A stretch of 64,000 bases of DNA, taken from positions 44,118 through 108,117 of the forward strand of contig JALEGN010000013.1 of the NCBI GenBank assembly GCA_022763365.1, read 5' to 3'. Shown here piece after piece: positions 50,311-59,254 of the stretch. The stretch is from Minisyncoccota bacterium. Its GTDB lineage: Bacteria; Patescibacteriota; Minisyncoccia; Phycocordibacterales; UBA1006. Position numbers and translations under genes: made by a program. Every line of letters begins with the position of its first letter. The stretch's first letter is position 1. The notes under the pieces are model-generated. The model did not search any database, was not told where the DNA came from, and saw only the letters and a program-made list of their open reading frames with translations.

Positions 50311-51126
50311 CTATTTCAAGATAAGGCTTTTTTTTGTTTGCTTGATAAAATTTTCTTTTTCTAGTTGATCTGCTATTTTTTGGTAGCGTTCGGACTCATC
50401 TCCTAATTGTTCGAAGACTTTTTCTTTAGAAAGTTTTTTATTTTTAAGAAGAATATCTAAAATCTTACCTCGAATCTGTCTGTCAGATCCTTGAAATTTT
50501 GATTGTTTGGTATAGTGTTTTGATTGCTTATTTGGATTATATTTAATAATTTTAGGGAGTGTTGATCCATAATCCATAAGTGCTGCATACCACTGCTGGG
50601 CATTTTCTATCTCACCCATATCGTCCATAATTTCAAAGATATCTGTATCAGTAATATTACTTTCCCCCTTAAAAAAATGATGAATAAATATACGCCTGAT
50701 ATTTGTTTCAATTAGTGGTGTGTATTCATTAAAGGCAAAGGCTCTAATAGCTCCAGCCGTATAAGGACCGATACTTGGAAGTTTTTTTAACTCTTCAAAA
50801 TCTTTTGGTAATCGTCCCTTATAATCATTCGTTACCACTTGTGCTAATTTTTGCAGACGCAAAGCGCGAGAATTATACCCAAGACCCTTCCAAGCCCGCA
50901 GAACATCAGACTGCTGTGCATTCGCTAAAACTTTCCAGCTTGAAAATTGTTTCATCCAATTTTTAAAAAATGGAATGACTCGATCAACCTGCGTCTGCTG
51001 TAACATGATCTCAGATACAGCAACGTAATACGGTGATTGTTTTTTCCGCCACGGCAGATCATGTCGTCCATATTCACCATAATATTCCATAACCGTATTA
51101 TAAAATTGTCGGTATTTTTGATTCAC
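50311..51126 (-). CDS. mutY: A/G-specific adenine glycosylase MutY-like, without Fe-S cysteines
   Basis: LPWR, VSEIMLQQTQV, WKGLGYNSRA, LPSIGPYTA; GTG start 7 nt after TATACT. Confidence 0.88.
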   Translation of the reverse strand: MNQKYRQFYNTVMEYYGEYGRHDLPWRKKQSPYYVAVSEIMLQQTQVDRVIPFFKNWMKQFSSWKVLANAQQSDVLRAWKGLGYNSRALRLQKLAQVVTNDYKGRLPKDFEELKKLPSIGPYTAGAIRAFAFNEYTPLIETNIRRIFIHHFFKGESNITDTDIFEIMDDMGEIENAQQWYAALMDYGSTLPKIIKYNPNKQSKHYTKQSKFQGSDRQIRGKILDILLKNKKLSKEKVFEQLGDESERYQKIADQLEKENFIKQTKKSLILK

Positions 51127-51169
51127 TCTTTGTAGTATACCCAAAGATATAAATGAAAAAAGAAGATTT

Positions 51170-51574
51170 CTAATCTTCTTTTTTGGGTTTTAGGGTTAAG
51201 GCAACTGAATTAATACAGTAACGTAAACCTGTTGTGTCACGAGGTCCATCGGGAAATACATGGCCCAGGTGCCCACCACACCTAGCACACACAACTTCTG
51301 TCCGAGTCATACCGTGACTTTCATCAACCTTGGTTTCTACCGCATCAGAATTTTCTATATCATCAAAACTTGGCCAACCACATCCACTATGAAATTTATT
51401 GTCTGAAGAAAATAATTGATTACCACATCCTGCACAAAGGTATAGACCGTCAGTCGTTACATCAGTATATTCACCTGTAAAAGATCGCTCAGTCCCTGCC
51501 TCACGCAGAACGCGGTATTGTTCAGGGGTAAGTTCTTTCTTCCACTCTTCGTTTGTTTTTTCTATTTTATCCAT
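51170..51574 (-). CDS. msrB: Peptide-methionine (R)-S-oxide reductase
   Basis: [31 protein letters not shown]. Confidence 0.97.
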   Translation of the reverse strand: MDKIEKTNEEWKKELTPEQYRVLREAGTERSFTGEYTDVTTDGLYLCAGCGNQLFSSDNKFHSGCGWPSFDDIENSDAVETKVDESHGMTRTEVVCARCGGHLGHVFPDGPRDTTGLRYCINSVALTLKPKKED

Positions 51575-52223
51575 AAATGTATTCAATACTATCTTTTAAT
51601 GCTGCAATCTTATCTGCTCGAGAAAAATCGTCTCCATAAATAATTTTTAATTTTTCATGGAAATGATTATCTTCTTTCTCTATTTGTGGAAGCGATAAAT
51701 AAAGATTTTTAGGAAATGATTGTTTTTTATACCAGTACCATTCATTAATTATTTGAGGATACAAGGTAGCAATTTTTTTCATAAATGATGCCGGATTATC
51801 GATTGCATCTTCTAAATTTCTCACAACATGTAATCTATTTCTTTTCCTGTGTTCCTTTAATTCATGGGAATGAAATGTTTTAGGAATATCTCCTTGATAA
51901 AAGGTATGGGCAAAATCTAAAAGTTTTTGCCCTTTATCTTTTTTATCATATACAACTTCGGAAAATTGTAATTTTGTCTGAAATCTATCAAAAAAGGTAT
52001 TTTCTAAAATTGGAAGTTCCTCTAACTTAAATTCAAAATGATGTTCTTTAATTTCATCACGATAGATATCTTGCTGTTGTTTCGTATTTACTAACACAAT
52101 AAAATCCCAATCTGAGTGTTGCTTTGCATAACCGTTAACCCTCGAACCATGAAGAATAATGGCTTCAACATCGCTAAACTTATTAAGTAAATATTCAATT
52201 ATTTCATTAGGAACTCTATTCAT
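51567..52223 (-). CDS. Pol-beta-family minimal nucleotidyltransferase with helical C-terminal domain
   Basis: [17 protein letters not shown] (GS..DxD). Confidence 0.8.
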   Translation of the reverse strand: MNRVPNEIIEYLLNKFSDVEAIILHGSRVNGYAKQHSDWDFIVLVNTKQQQDIYRDEIKEHHFEFKLEELPILENTFFDRFQTKLQFSEVVYDKKDKGQKLLDFAHTFYQGDIPKTFHSHELKEHRKRNRLHVVRNLEDAIDNPASFMKKIATLYPQIINEWYWYKKQSFPKNLYLSLPQIEKEDNHFHEKLKIIYGDDFSRADKIAALKDSIEYIYG

Positions 52224-53154
52224 GATTAATAATAAAGTTAGCGATTTCTAAATATGCTTCTTCGGCAACAAGGTGTTTCGTATTTTTTAAAATGACTACC
52301 TCATCTTCATCTAGATTCATTTCATTTTTTAATAATTCAGCTGATGAACTATCTAAAAATGGATCGTTTTCACCCCATAGTACAGACACAGAGACTCCGG
52401 AGTCTACAAACCATGACCGATAGGTATCAAGGTTTTCTTTGATATCTTTGGTGCGCGTAAAGAAATGAACTAATGACATTGCTCCTTTGCGTAGTGGGAA
52501 CCAATATCCTGCACGTTCAGGCGGTGAGAAATTAATATCTTGCGTTCCAGTATTAATCATATTATTCACAATGAGCTTCCCGATATAAGGATGTGCATGG
52601 AGACTCAACACCCATCTATGTAATGGGTTTGAATATGAAAAATCGGCCGGTGGATTAAAAGTCTCCTTATACAGGATCGTATTTAATACATACATGTGAG
52701 AAATTTTTTCTGGCTGCTCTTTAATCATATGCCATGAAATAATTCCTCCCATATCGTGCGTTACCTGTTCCCATGAATCTATATCGAGACTCTCCATCAA
52801 TCCAAATAAGGTTTCTGCCTGGATATCAAAATCATGCATTTGATATTGAGCAGGTCTTGATGATGCTCCAAAACCAATCAGGTCAGGTGCAATTACTCGA
52901 TATCCATTCCCTGCCAGCTCAGTAGCAAGATTTCGATACATCCATGAATTCGTTGGTACTCCATGAATTAATAGAATTGTTTGACCTTCCCCAATATCAA
53001 GATACTTCATTTGCCCATTAACGGAGTCAAAAATTTCAAGTCCCTTAACATATTCTTGATAATCATTTTCTACACCATCTTTATCTCTTAAAACGATATA
53101 TCCAATAGCAAGTCCTAAAATAATAAACCCTAAAATTATTGAGAGTATTTTCAT
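52216..53154 (-). CDS. Membrane-anchored alpha/beta hydrolase (haloalkane dehalogenase-like)
   Basis: HGVPT..W.YR, PDLIGFGAS, HDMGG (Asp nucleophile), WGEND, His near C-term. Confidence 0.85.
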   Translation of the reverse strand: MKILSIILGFIILGLAIGYIVLRDKDGVENDYQEYVKGLEIFDSVNGQMKYLDIGEGQTILLIHGVPTNSWMYRNLATELAGNGYRVIAPDLIGFGASSRPAQYQMHDFDIQAETLFGLMESLDIDSWEQVTHDMGGIISWHMIKEQPEKISHMYVLNTILYKETFNPPADFSYSNPLHRWVLSLHAHPYIGKLIVNNMINTGTQDINFSPPERAGYWFPLRKGAMSLVHFFTRTKDIKENLDTYRSWFVDSGVSVSVLWGENDPFLDSSSAELLKNEMNLDEDEVVILKNTKHLVAEEAYLEIANFIINHE

Positions 53155-53223
53155 ATATTCAGTATAGTTGATTTGCTATTTTATATAAAACAAAAGAGCT
53201 GTTAAAAACAGCTCTTTCTTAAA

Positions 53224-53904
53224 TTATTTTAAGGTATACGTAATACCAAAGTTAACAAGACCTTCTTGAGAAGCATTTTCCCAATTGTGTCTATAATTGT
53301 AGCGTATTTCTGCATTCAATTTCCCTTGATCAAAATCAAATAACTGACTTCTATAACCAATACCTAAGGTAATATGATCTTCTTGAAACCAAATATCTGA
53401 TTGTATACTTTTGTTACCCTGAAGAGCAAAAACCCCAAAAGGATTTATTACAAAAGTATTCTTTGACTCTCTCGTAAAGGTTCGAATCAAAGATGTTCTC
53501 AAACCAAAGCTATTCTTCTGTATCTTTTTAGAAAATCCTGTTTGAAATATAAACAAAGGATCTCCAACAGGAATAAATTCCTCGTCAGACTGAATAATAG
53601 TTCCACTTAACCACATTGTGAATGTTTCATTTTTGATAAATTGATATTTACCCAATAAAAATGAGTAATTACCTGAACTTTGATTATCTACCAGGTCCAC
53701 ACTCTTAATAAAAAGAAGTGAGAATCTATTACATGAAAACGTTTGGTAAAATTCAAAGACAGGTTCTTCATTCAGTGCATTTCCTACAACAGGTGCGTAC
53801 GACCTATGTGCAATAGAAAAGCTTGTTGAGTAAGTGTTTTTCTCTTGAGAGAAAACGGTTGTCGAAAAAAGGGTTATGAGAATGATTAGAAATATATTTT
53901 TCAT
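53224..53904 (-). CDS. Secreted protein, putative outer-membrane-type beta-barrel
   Basis: MKNIFLIIL..VFSQE signal; amphipathic strands; C-terminal NFGITYTLK resembles a beta-signal. Confidence 0.55.
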   Translation of the reverse strand: MKNIFLIILITLFSTTVFSQEKNTYSTSFSIAHRSYAPVVGNALNEEPVFEFYQTFSCNRFSLLFIKSVDLVDNQSSGNYSFLLGKYQFIKNETFTMWLSGTIIQSDEEFIPVGDPLFIFQTGFSKKIQKNSFGLRTSLIRTFTRESKNTFVINPFGVFALQGNKSIQSDIWFQEDHITLGIGYRSQLFDFDQGKLNAEIRYNYRHNWENASQEGLVNFGITYTLK

Positions 53905-53922
53905 TTTGAAATTGTTTAAAAA

Positions 53923-55098
53923 TTAGAAATTAAGATTTTTTACGAAATTAACTTCTGAATTTTTAGGTGGATTCCAAAGAGTATCAAGATAAACTTCTTT
54001 AATAAGAAAGAAATAGCGATACACATGCTTCACCATCACTGATATAAGCAGGCCTATATTATCCTCTTGAAGATAATGAAAAATAGCATATGTCTGTTGG
54101 TAATCTTCAACACAACAAACGCCTGTATCACAGCTATCACACCAATCTGGTGGCCCATTATCATACACAACGTGTGCAATATCAGTACGGGTACCTAAAG
54201 GTGTGTTATAAGCCAATACCTTTACAAACGAAGAGCAGAACACGAGTATCAACATTGATACAAAGAAAGATCTTTGGATTTTGATATTCCTTTGATAAAA
54301 ATATTTACTCATACTAACTCGTCCTAAATTACGGACGTATAAGTCAAGTAAGTCCTTTTCCTTTTTTGATAAGGCTCGTAATGGCTTGTCTCCATATTGT
54401 CTAATCGTTACTTCACCTTTGAACCAAAACCATAAACGAATTGGCCATATCAATAGATCACAAATGAACTGCTTTCTGTTGCGTGGATCAAATAACGATT
54501 CATTGAGTGGGTTTCTCCAAATCTTATTTAACGAAAGAAACAAAATAAGAAAACCAAAAAATAAATAATTATTGAAGATTTTCCGAGCTAAGGTAGTTAA
54601 ACTAGTAGATACTTCAGCCCACGTAATTGGGTCTGATTTTTTTGTGCCCATAACGCTGTCTCTAGCATCTTCGATTTCCTCTGAAGAAATTTTTCTCGAA
54701 CGAACTAAGTCATTGAATCTCTTGAAAATTGAATTTCCCATTGATGGGTTTGCTAGATAGTGTAGGCGACTGTAATCAGGTCCTTGACGAACTAGATACT
54801 GAAATTCTGTAGTTTGCTCGAGACTATCAAGATATTTTATATGCTTGAAATAGTCATACGCATCAAAATCTCCTTTTTCTATCTTTGTATTAACGATATC
54901 GTTTTGTTGTTCAATCTTTGTAATCAGAAAACGAGAAACGTTTTGTCTTTGTTCTTCTGTTACTAAAGTCGAGGGTACGCAATCATTGCCATTATCAAAA
55001 GAATTGATAAATGATTGAGTGATTGATGATGAATATATCCAAAAAAATGCCGCTACTATGAGGCAGATCTGAATACATCGTGAAATAATCTGCTTCAT
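53923..55098 (-). CDS. Hypothetical multi-TM protein with Cys-rich, WNPPK-ending C-terminus
   Basis: 391-aa ORF with its own TTGACA/TATAAT promoter. Confidence 0.65.
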   Translation of the reverse strand: MKQIISRCIQICLIVAAFFWIYSSSITQSFINSFDNGNDCVPSTLVTEEQRQNVSRFLITKIEQQNDIVNTKIEKGDFDAYDYFKHIKYLDSLEQTTEFQYLVRQGPDYSRLHYLANPSMGNSIFKRFNDLVRSRKISSEEIEDARDSVMGTKKSDPITWAEVSTSLTTLARKIFNNYLFFGFLILFLSLNKIWRNPLNESLFDPRNRKQFICDLLIWPIRLWFWFKGEVTIRQYGDKPLRALSKKEKDLLDLYVRNLGRVSMSKYFYQRNIKIQRSFFVSMLILVFCSSFVKVLAYNTPLGTRTDIAHVVYDNGPPDWCDSCDTGVCCVEDYQQTYAIFHYLQEDNIGLLISVMVKHVYRYFFLIKEVYLDTLWNPPKNSEVNFVKNLNF

Positions 55099-55198
55099 AT
55101 GATGAAATTTTAAAGGTTAATATTTAAATATATTATATAGTATAATATATAATTGTCAATATTATATATCTAAAATAAAACAGCTCTCGCTGATTATT

Positions 55199-56878
55199 TT
55201 AGGCCTCACAGGATTCGCAAGACAGTAACTTCCGATTAAACTGCTGCGCAGCATTCATACTATGTTGATAGTACAAAGCTTTAATTCCTAATTTCCAAGC
55301 TTCAACGTAAATAGCGTTAATATCTTTTACCGGTGTTTGTGGGTGAATCATAATATTTAATGATTGTCCTTGGTCGATATATCGCTGACGTGCTGCAGCT
55401 TGTTGAATGATGTTCATTTGATTAATTTCCGGGAAGGTTTTAAATACTTCTCGTTCTTTTTCACTCAAGATGTCATCACCAAGATGCTGAACTGATCCGT
55501 CATTATCACGAATTGATTGCCACACTTCTCGAGTATTATGACCTTTTTGATCAAGAAGATTTTCAAGGAGTGGATTTTTAATAGTAACCTTCATCTTTGC
55601 AATGTCTTTTACATAACAATTAGACCAAATTGGTTCAATTCCCTGTGATACCTGCCCAAGGATAAAGGCAGATGATGTCGTAGGAGCTACCGCCATAGTG
55701 GTTGTGTTTCGACGGCCATATCCTTTAAGAATTTCCGGTTCCCCATAAGTTTCTGCCATTTCAGTTGAAGCAGCGAGTGATTTATCACGAATTAATTTAA
55801 AGATTTCAGTGTTCAATTTAGCAGACTCAATAGATTCAAAAGGAAGCATCTTTGATTGTAACAATGAGTGCCAACCAAGAACCCCAAGCCCAAGCGCACG
55901 GTTTTGTACGGCAAAATTATATGCGCGTTCCATAAACCGGAAACGGTCTTGATCTTCTCGTGTATCTGAATCACGATATGCTTCTAATTTATTGATGAAC
56001 TCTTGCATCACAGCATCAAGAAAATAGGTTAAGGTTTCAACCGCATCAGTATCTTTCCATTCTTCGTAATGCCGAACATTAATTGATGAAAGACAACATA
56101 CGAATGACCAGTCTTCTTTTGAAGGAAGCATGATTTCTGAACACATATTTGATGCATAGATTTTCAAATCCTTGTCTTTATACACATCAACAGTTCCGTT
56201 ATTGGCATTATCAGCAAACATAATATATGGATAGCCCATTTCATTACGTGCCTGAATTACCTTTGCCCATAATTGACGTTTTTCAACATCACCATCAATC
56301 ATTTCTTGCATCCATTTGTCAGTCACCGTCACACCATGGGTTAATTTTTGGATTGGATGACCTTCGGTTCCAATTTTTAAAAATTCTTCTGCATCTGGAT
56401 GTTCAATAGGAAGATACGGTGAGAGATGCCCACGACGAACACCACCTTGAGATACGACTCCAATCAAAGTTTCAAAGAGTTCCATGAAATGAACAGCTCC
56501 TGAAGCAGTTCCCTCATTTTTAATTGGAGCTCCTCGATGACGAAGTGCACCAAAATATCCAGAACATCCTCCACCCATTTTTGACATCATTCCAACTTCT
56601 GCTTGGGTACTTAAAATACTACCCATATCATCAGCCAAATAAGAACCAAAACATGAAATAGGCAGCCCACGTTCATGTCCAAAGTTTGCCCATACCGGAG
56701 AGGATAGAGAATAGTATCCTTTTGACATGTAGTCATAAAATTTATCTGCAAATCCTGGTTTTTCTAAAATTTTTTCAGCAGTCTCTGCAATTTCGCGAAT
56801 GCGATCTTCGGCGCTGACTCCTGGCAGAAGGTAGCCACGTTCTAAAAATGTTCGACTGTTTTCGTTTAACCAATTCAT
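55199..56878 (-). CDS. nrdA: Ribonucleotide reductase alpha subunit, no ATP cone (NrdAi/class Id-like)
   Basis: PISCF, SNMCSEI, VCCLSS, APTTSS, IDQGQSLN, LYY, C-terminal CESC. Confidence 0.95.
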   Translation of the reverse strand: MNWLNENSRTFLERGYLLPGVSAEDRIREIAETAEKILEKPGFADKFYDYMSKGYYSLSSPVWANFGHERGLPISCFGSYLADDMGSILSTQAEVGMMSKMGGGCSGYFGALRHRGAPIKNEGTASGAVHFMELFETLIGVVSQGGVRRGHLSPYLPIEHPDAEEFLKIGTEGHPIQKLTHGVTVTDKWMQEMIDGDVEKRQLWAKVIQARNEMGYPYIMFADNANNGTVDVYKDKDLKIYASNMCSEIMLPSKEDWSFVCCLSSINVRHYEEWKDTDAVETLTYFLDAVMQEFINKLEAYRDSDTREDQDRFRFMERAYNFAVQNRALGLGVLGWHSLLQSKMLPFESIESAKLNTEIFKLIRDKSLAASTEMAETYGEPEILKGYGRRNTTTMAVAPTTSSAFILGQVSQGIEPIWSNCYVKDIAKMKVTIKNPLLENLLDQKGHNTREVWQSIRDNDGSVQHLGDDILSEKEREVFKTFPEINQMNIIQQAAARQRYIDQGQSLNIMIHPQTPVKDINAIYVEAWKLGIKALYYQHSMNAAQQFNRKLLSCESCEA

Positions 56879-56966
56879 AATAGTGTGTATTTTCTGATTC
56901 AAATATACAAATAGACCTAAGCGTTTAGGTCTATGTGTATCTAATTAAAGGTGCTAATAATGGTGA

Positions 56967-58241
56967 CTAGAAGAGATCGTCACTGGTGATAGATTTACTT
57001 CGTTTGTTGTAGTTAACCGATCGTTTATCAAAGAAATCACCGTGTTTCGTTGCAACAATTTCATCATCAAACCATTCAGTTTCAAGAAGAAGAGAGTCAT
57101 CAGTTTCAAAAACTGGTGTAATACCAATAGATTTGAGTGATCGATTAAATCGATCTTTTACGAACTCTTTAACAACAGCTGACGGTAAGAAATCAAGTTC
57201 TCCATTTGAGAAAATCCAATCAATAATTTCAGCCTCTGATTCGTAAGCTTCGAGGCAGACTTCACGGACTCGGTCATCGTGCTCTTTAGAGAACCACGTT
57301 GGATTTTCATTTTTAATAATATTAATGATATCAATTCCAAAGTTTCCATGAATTTGCTCTTCTTTTGAAGTTGCCTCAACAACATTGGAAATACCTTTCA
57401 GCATATTTTTATGCTTATTAAAGGCCATGATAATAAGGAATTGAGAGAACAATGATACATGCTCGATAAAGAGTGAGAAGAGCATAATACATTCTGCATA
57501 ATCTTTGTTGTCATCAGATTTTGCATTTTTAAGTGCATTGTCTAAATACTGCACACGCCTCATGATTACTGGATTCTTTTTCAAGTTCTTAAACTCATTA
57601 TTAAGTCCAAGAATTTCTAAAAGGTGTGAATAGGCATCGTGGTGGCGAACTTCTGATTCTGCAAAAGTTGCTCCAACAGCACCAATTTCTGCTTTTGGCA
57701 TTTTTTTATAAATATCTCCCCAGAATGATTTCACTGCCACTTCAATTTGCGAAATAGCAAGCATAGCGTTTTTAATAGCTGATTGCTCAACCTCGTCTAG
57801 ATTCACCTTGAAGTCCTGAATATCAGCAATAAAATTAAATTCAGTATGAATCCAATATGAATGACGAATAGCATCAACATATTGATTAAGTTGTGGGTAT
57901 TCGTAAGGTTTAAGAGCTACACGTCGTTCAAATACATTGGTCGCTCGTTCTGCAGCACGTGCCTGACGATAAATAATGTATGATTTTGCGACCTCACGGA
58001 ATCCTGAAACCATAAGAGCCTCTTCAACGACATCTTGAATCTCTTCAATATTAGGAATATATTTCGGATTCATTTCTGCACGCTGCAGAAGTTCTTGGTA
58101 AACCAGTTCGGCAACACGTTCAGCATCATTACGCTCTCCATTACCGACTTCACGCATGGCATTATTGACTGCCTTTACGATTTTTTGGATATCAAATTTT
58201 TTGATATCTCCATTTCTTTTTTGAACTTGTGTAATTTCCAT
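56967..58241 (-). CDS. nrdB: Ribonucleotide reductase beta subunit with N-terminal ATP cone (NrdBi/class Id-like)
   Basis: VQKRNG..FD..KI..AV, EEIQDVVEEALM, AKSYIIYR cone; EVAVK, ESEVRH..AY, EEQIH ferritin-like ligands. Confidence 0.93.
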   Translation of the reverse strand: MEITQVQKRNGDIKKFDIQKIVKAVNNAMREVGNGERNDAERVAELVYQELLQRAEMNPKYIPNIEEIQDVVEEALMVSGFREVAKSYIIYRQARAAERATNVFERRVALKPYEYPQLNQYVDAIRHSYWIHTEFNFIADIQDFKVNLDEVEQSAIKNAMLAISQIEVAVKSFWGDIYKKMPKAEIGAVGATFAESEVRHHDAYSHLLEILGLNNEFKNLKKNPVIMRRVQYLDNALKNAKSDDNKDYAECIMLFSLFIEHVSLFSQFLIIMAFNKHKNMLKGISNVVEATSKEEQIHGNFGIDIINIIKNENPTWFSKEHDDRVREVCLEAYESEAEIIDWIFSNGELDFLPSAVVKEFVKDRFNRSLKSIGITPVFETDDSLLLETEWFDDEIVATKHGDFFDKRSVNYNKRSKSITSDDLF

Positions 58242-58533
58242 GTAGTAAAGAGTTAATTTCGAATAAAACAACAGCTTCATGAACTAACAACACCGTAGAA
58301 CAGAAATAACACACATCATGATTTTGATGGCGAGAATTCATGTAGCATTTGATTATGAATCCATTATACCAAGCCATGAACAAAGTCCGAAATTTTCGCT
58401 CAAAAAATTAGAACTAAATAATTTCTCTGAAATCTCGTCAAGAATTTTACATATGAAACCAAGAAAATCTAAGGTCTTTGGAAAGCGATAAATAAAAAAA
58501 CAACAGGATACTGTTGTCTAGTTTTTAACAAAA

Positions 58534-59148
58534 TTATGCCAAATCGTTCATTTCTGGTTTTTGAGAGAAACGCATTGATACCTGATCCCAATCAATAAGT
58601 GCCCAAATATTATTCAAATACTCAACTCGTTTGTTTTGGTATTTCAAATAATAGGCGTGTTCCCATACATCAACCCCAATTAATGGATATCCGGCATTAA
58701 TATCACTCATTAATGGATTATCTTGGTTTTTTGTTGTGGTGATTTCAAGTTTTCCATCATTGAGGACCAGCCAACACCAACCTGAACCAAAAACTCCTAA
58801 AGCAGCTTTCGTAAATTCAGCTTTGAAATCTTCAAGACTACCAAAGGTTTCATTAATAAGGTTCATTAACTCCATAGATGGCGTTGTCATCGTATCATCA
58901 AGAATACTCCAAAAAATAGTGTGATTATAATGACCTCCAGCATTATTTCGGATAGCAGCTGGATAATCTCCTATATTTTCGAACAATGTTTCAATACGTT
59001 CGCAATCAATATTGTTATCAACACAAGCTTGGTTAACTTTTTTAACGTAGCCAGCGTGATGTTTAAGGTGGTGAATCTCCATCGTTTGAGCATCGATATA
59101 TGGCTCATACGATGAATATGGATTTCTTAACTCAGGTAATACAAACAT
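58534..59148 (-). CDS. sodA: Fe/Mn superoxide dismutase
   Basis: HHLKHH, NNAGGHYNH, FGSGW, DVWEHAYY. Confidence 0.95.
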   Translation of the reverse strand: MFVLPELRNPYSSYEPYIDAQTMEIHHLKHHAGYVKKVNQACVDNNIDCERIETLFENIGDYPAAIRNNAGGHYNHTIFWSILDDTMTTPSMELMNLINETFGSLEDFKAEFTKAALGVFGSGWCWLVLNDGKLEITTTKNQDNPLMSDINAGYPLIGVDVWEHAYYLKYQNKRVEYLNNIWALIDWDQVSMRFSQKPEMNDLA

Positions 59149-59254
59149 AATAATTTAGGATTATAGAATAAGTATACGTAGTATACCAATATTACATGGC
59201 TTAACCAAAATTTCTCTCGCCTATTAAGGGAAAATGCGTATACTAAACACAGTT

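Noticed and set aside
20321-56934. Shared TAGACCT/AGGTCTA arms in the hairpins at 20321-20349 and 56911-56934
   Set aside because: Only 7-8 bp, different loops, two copies; compatible with chance among terminator-like hairpins
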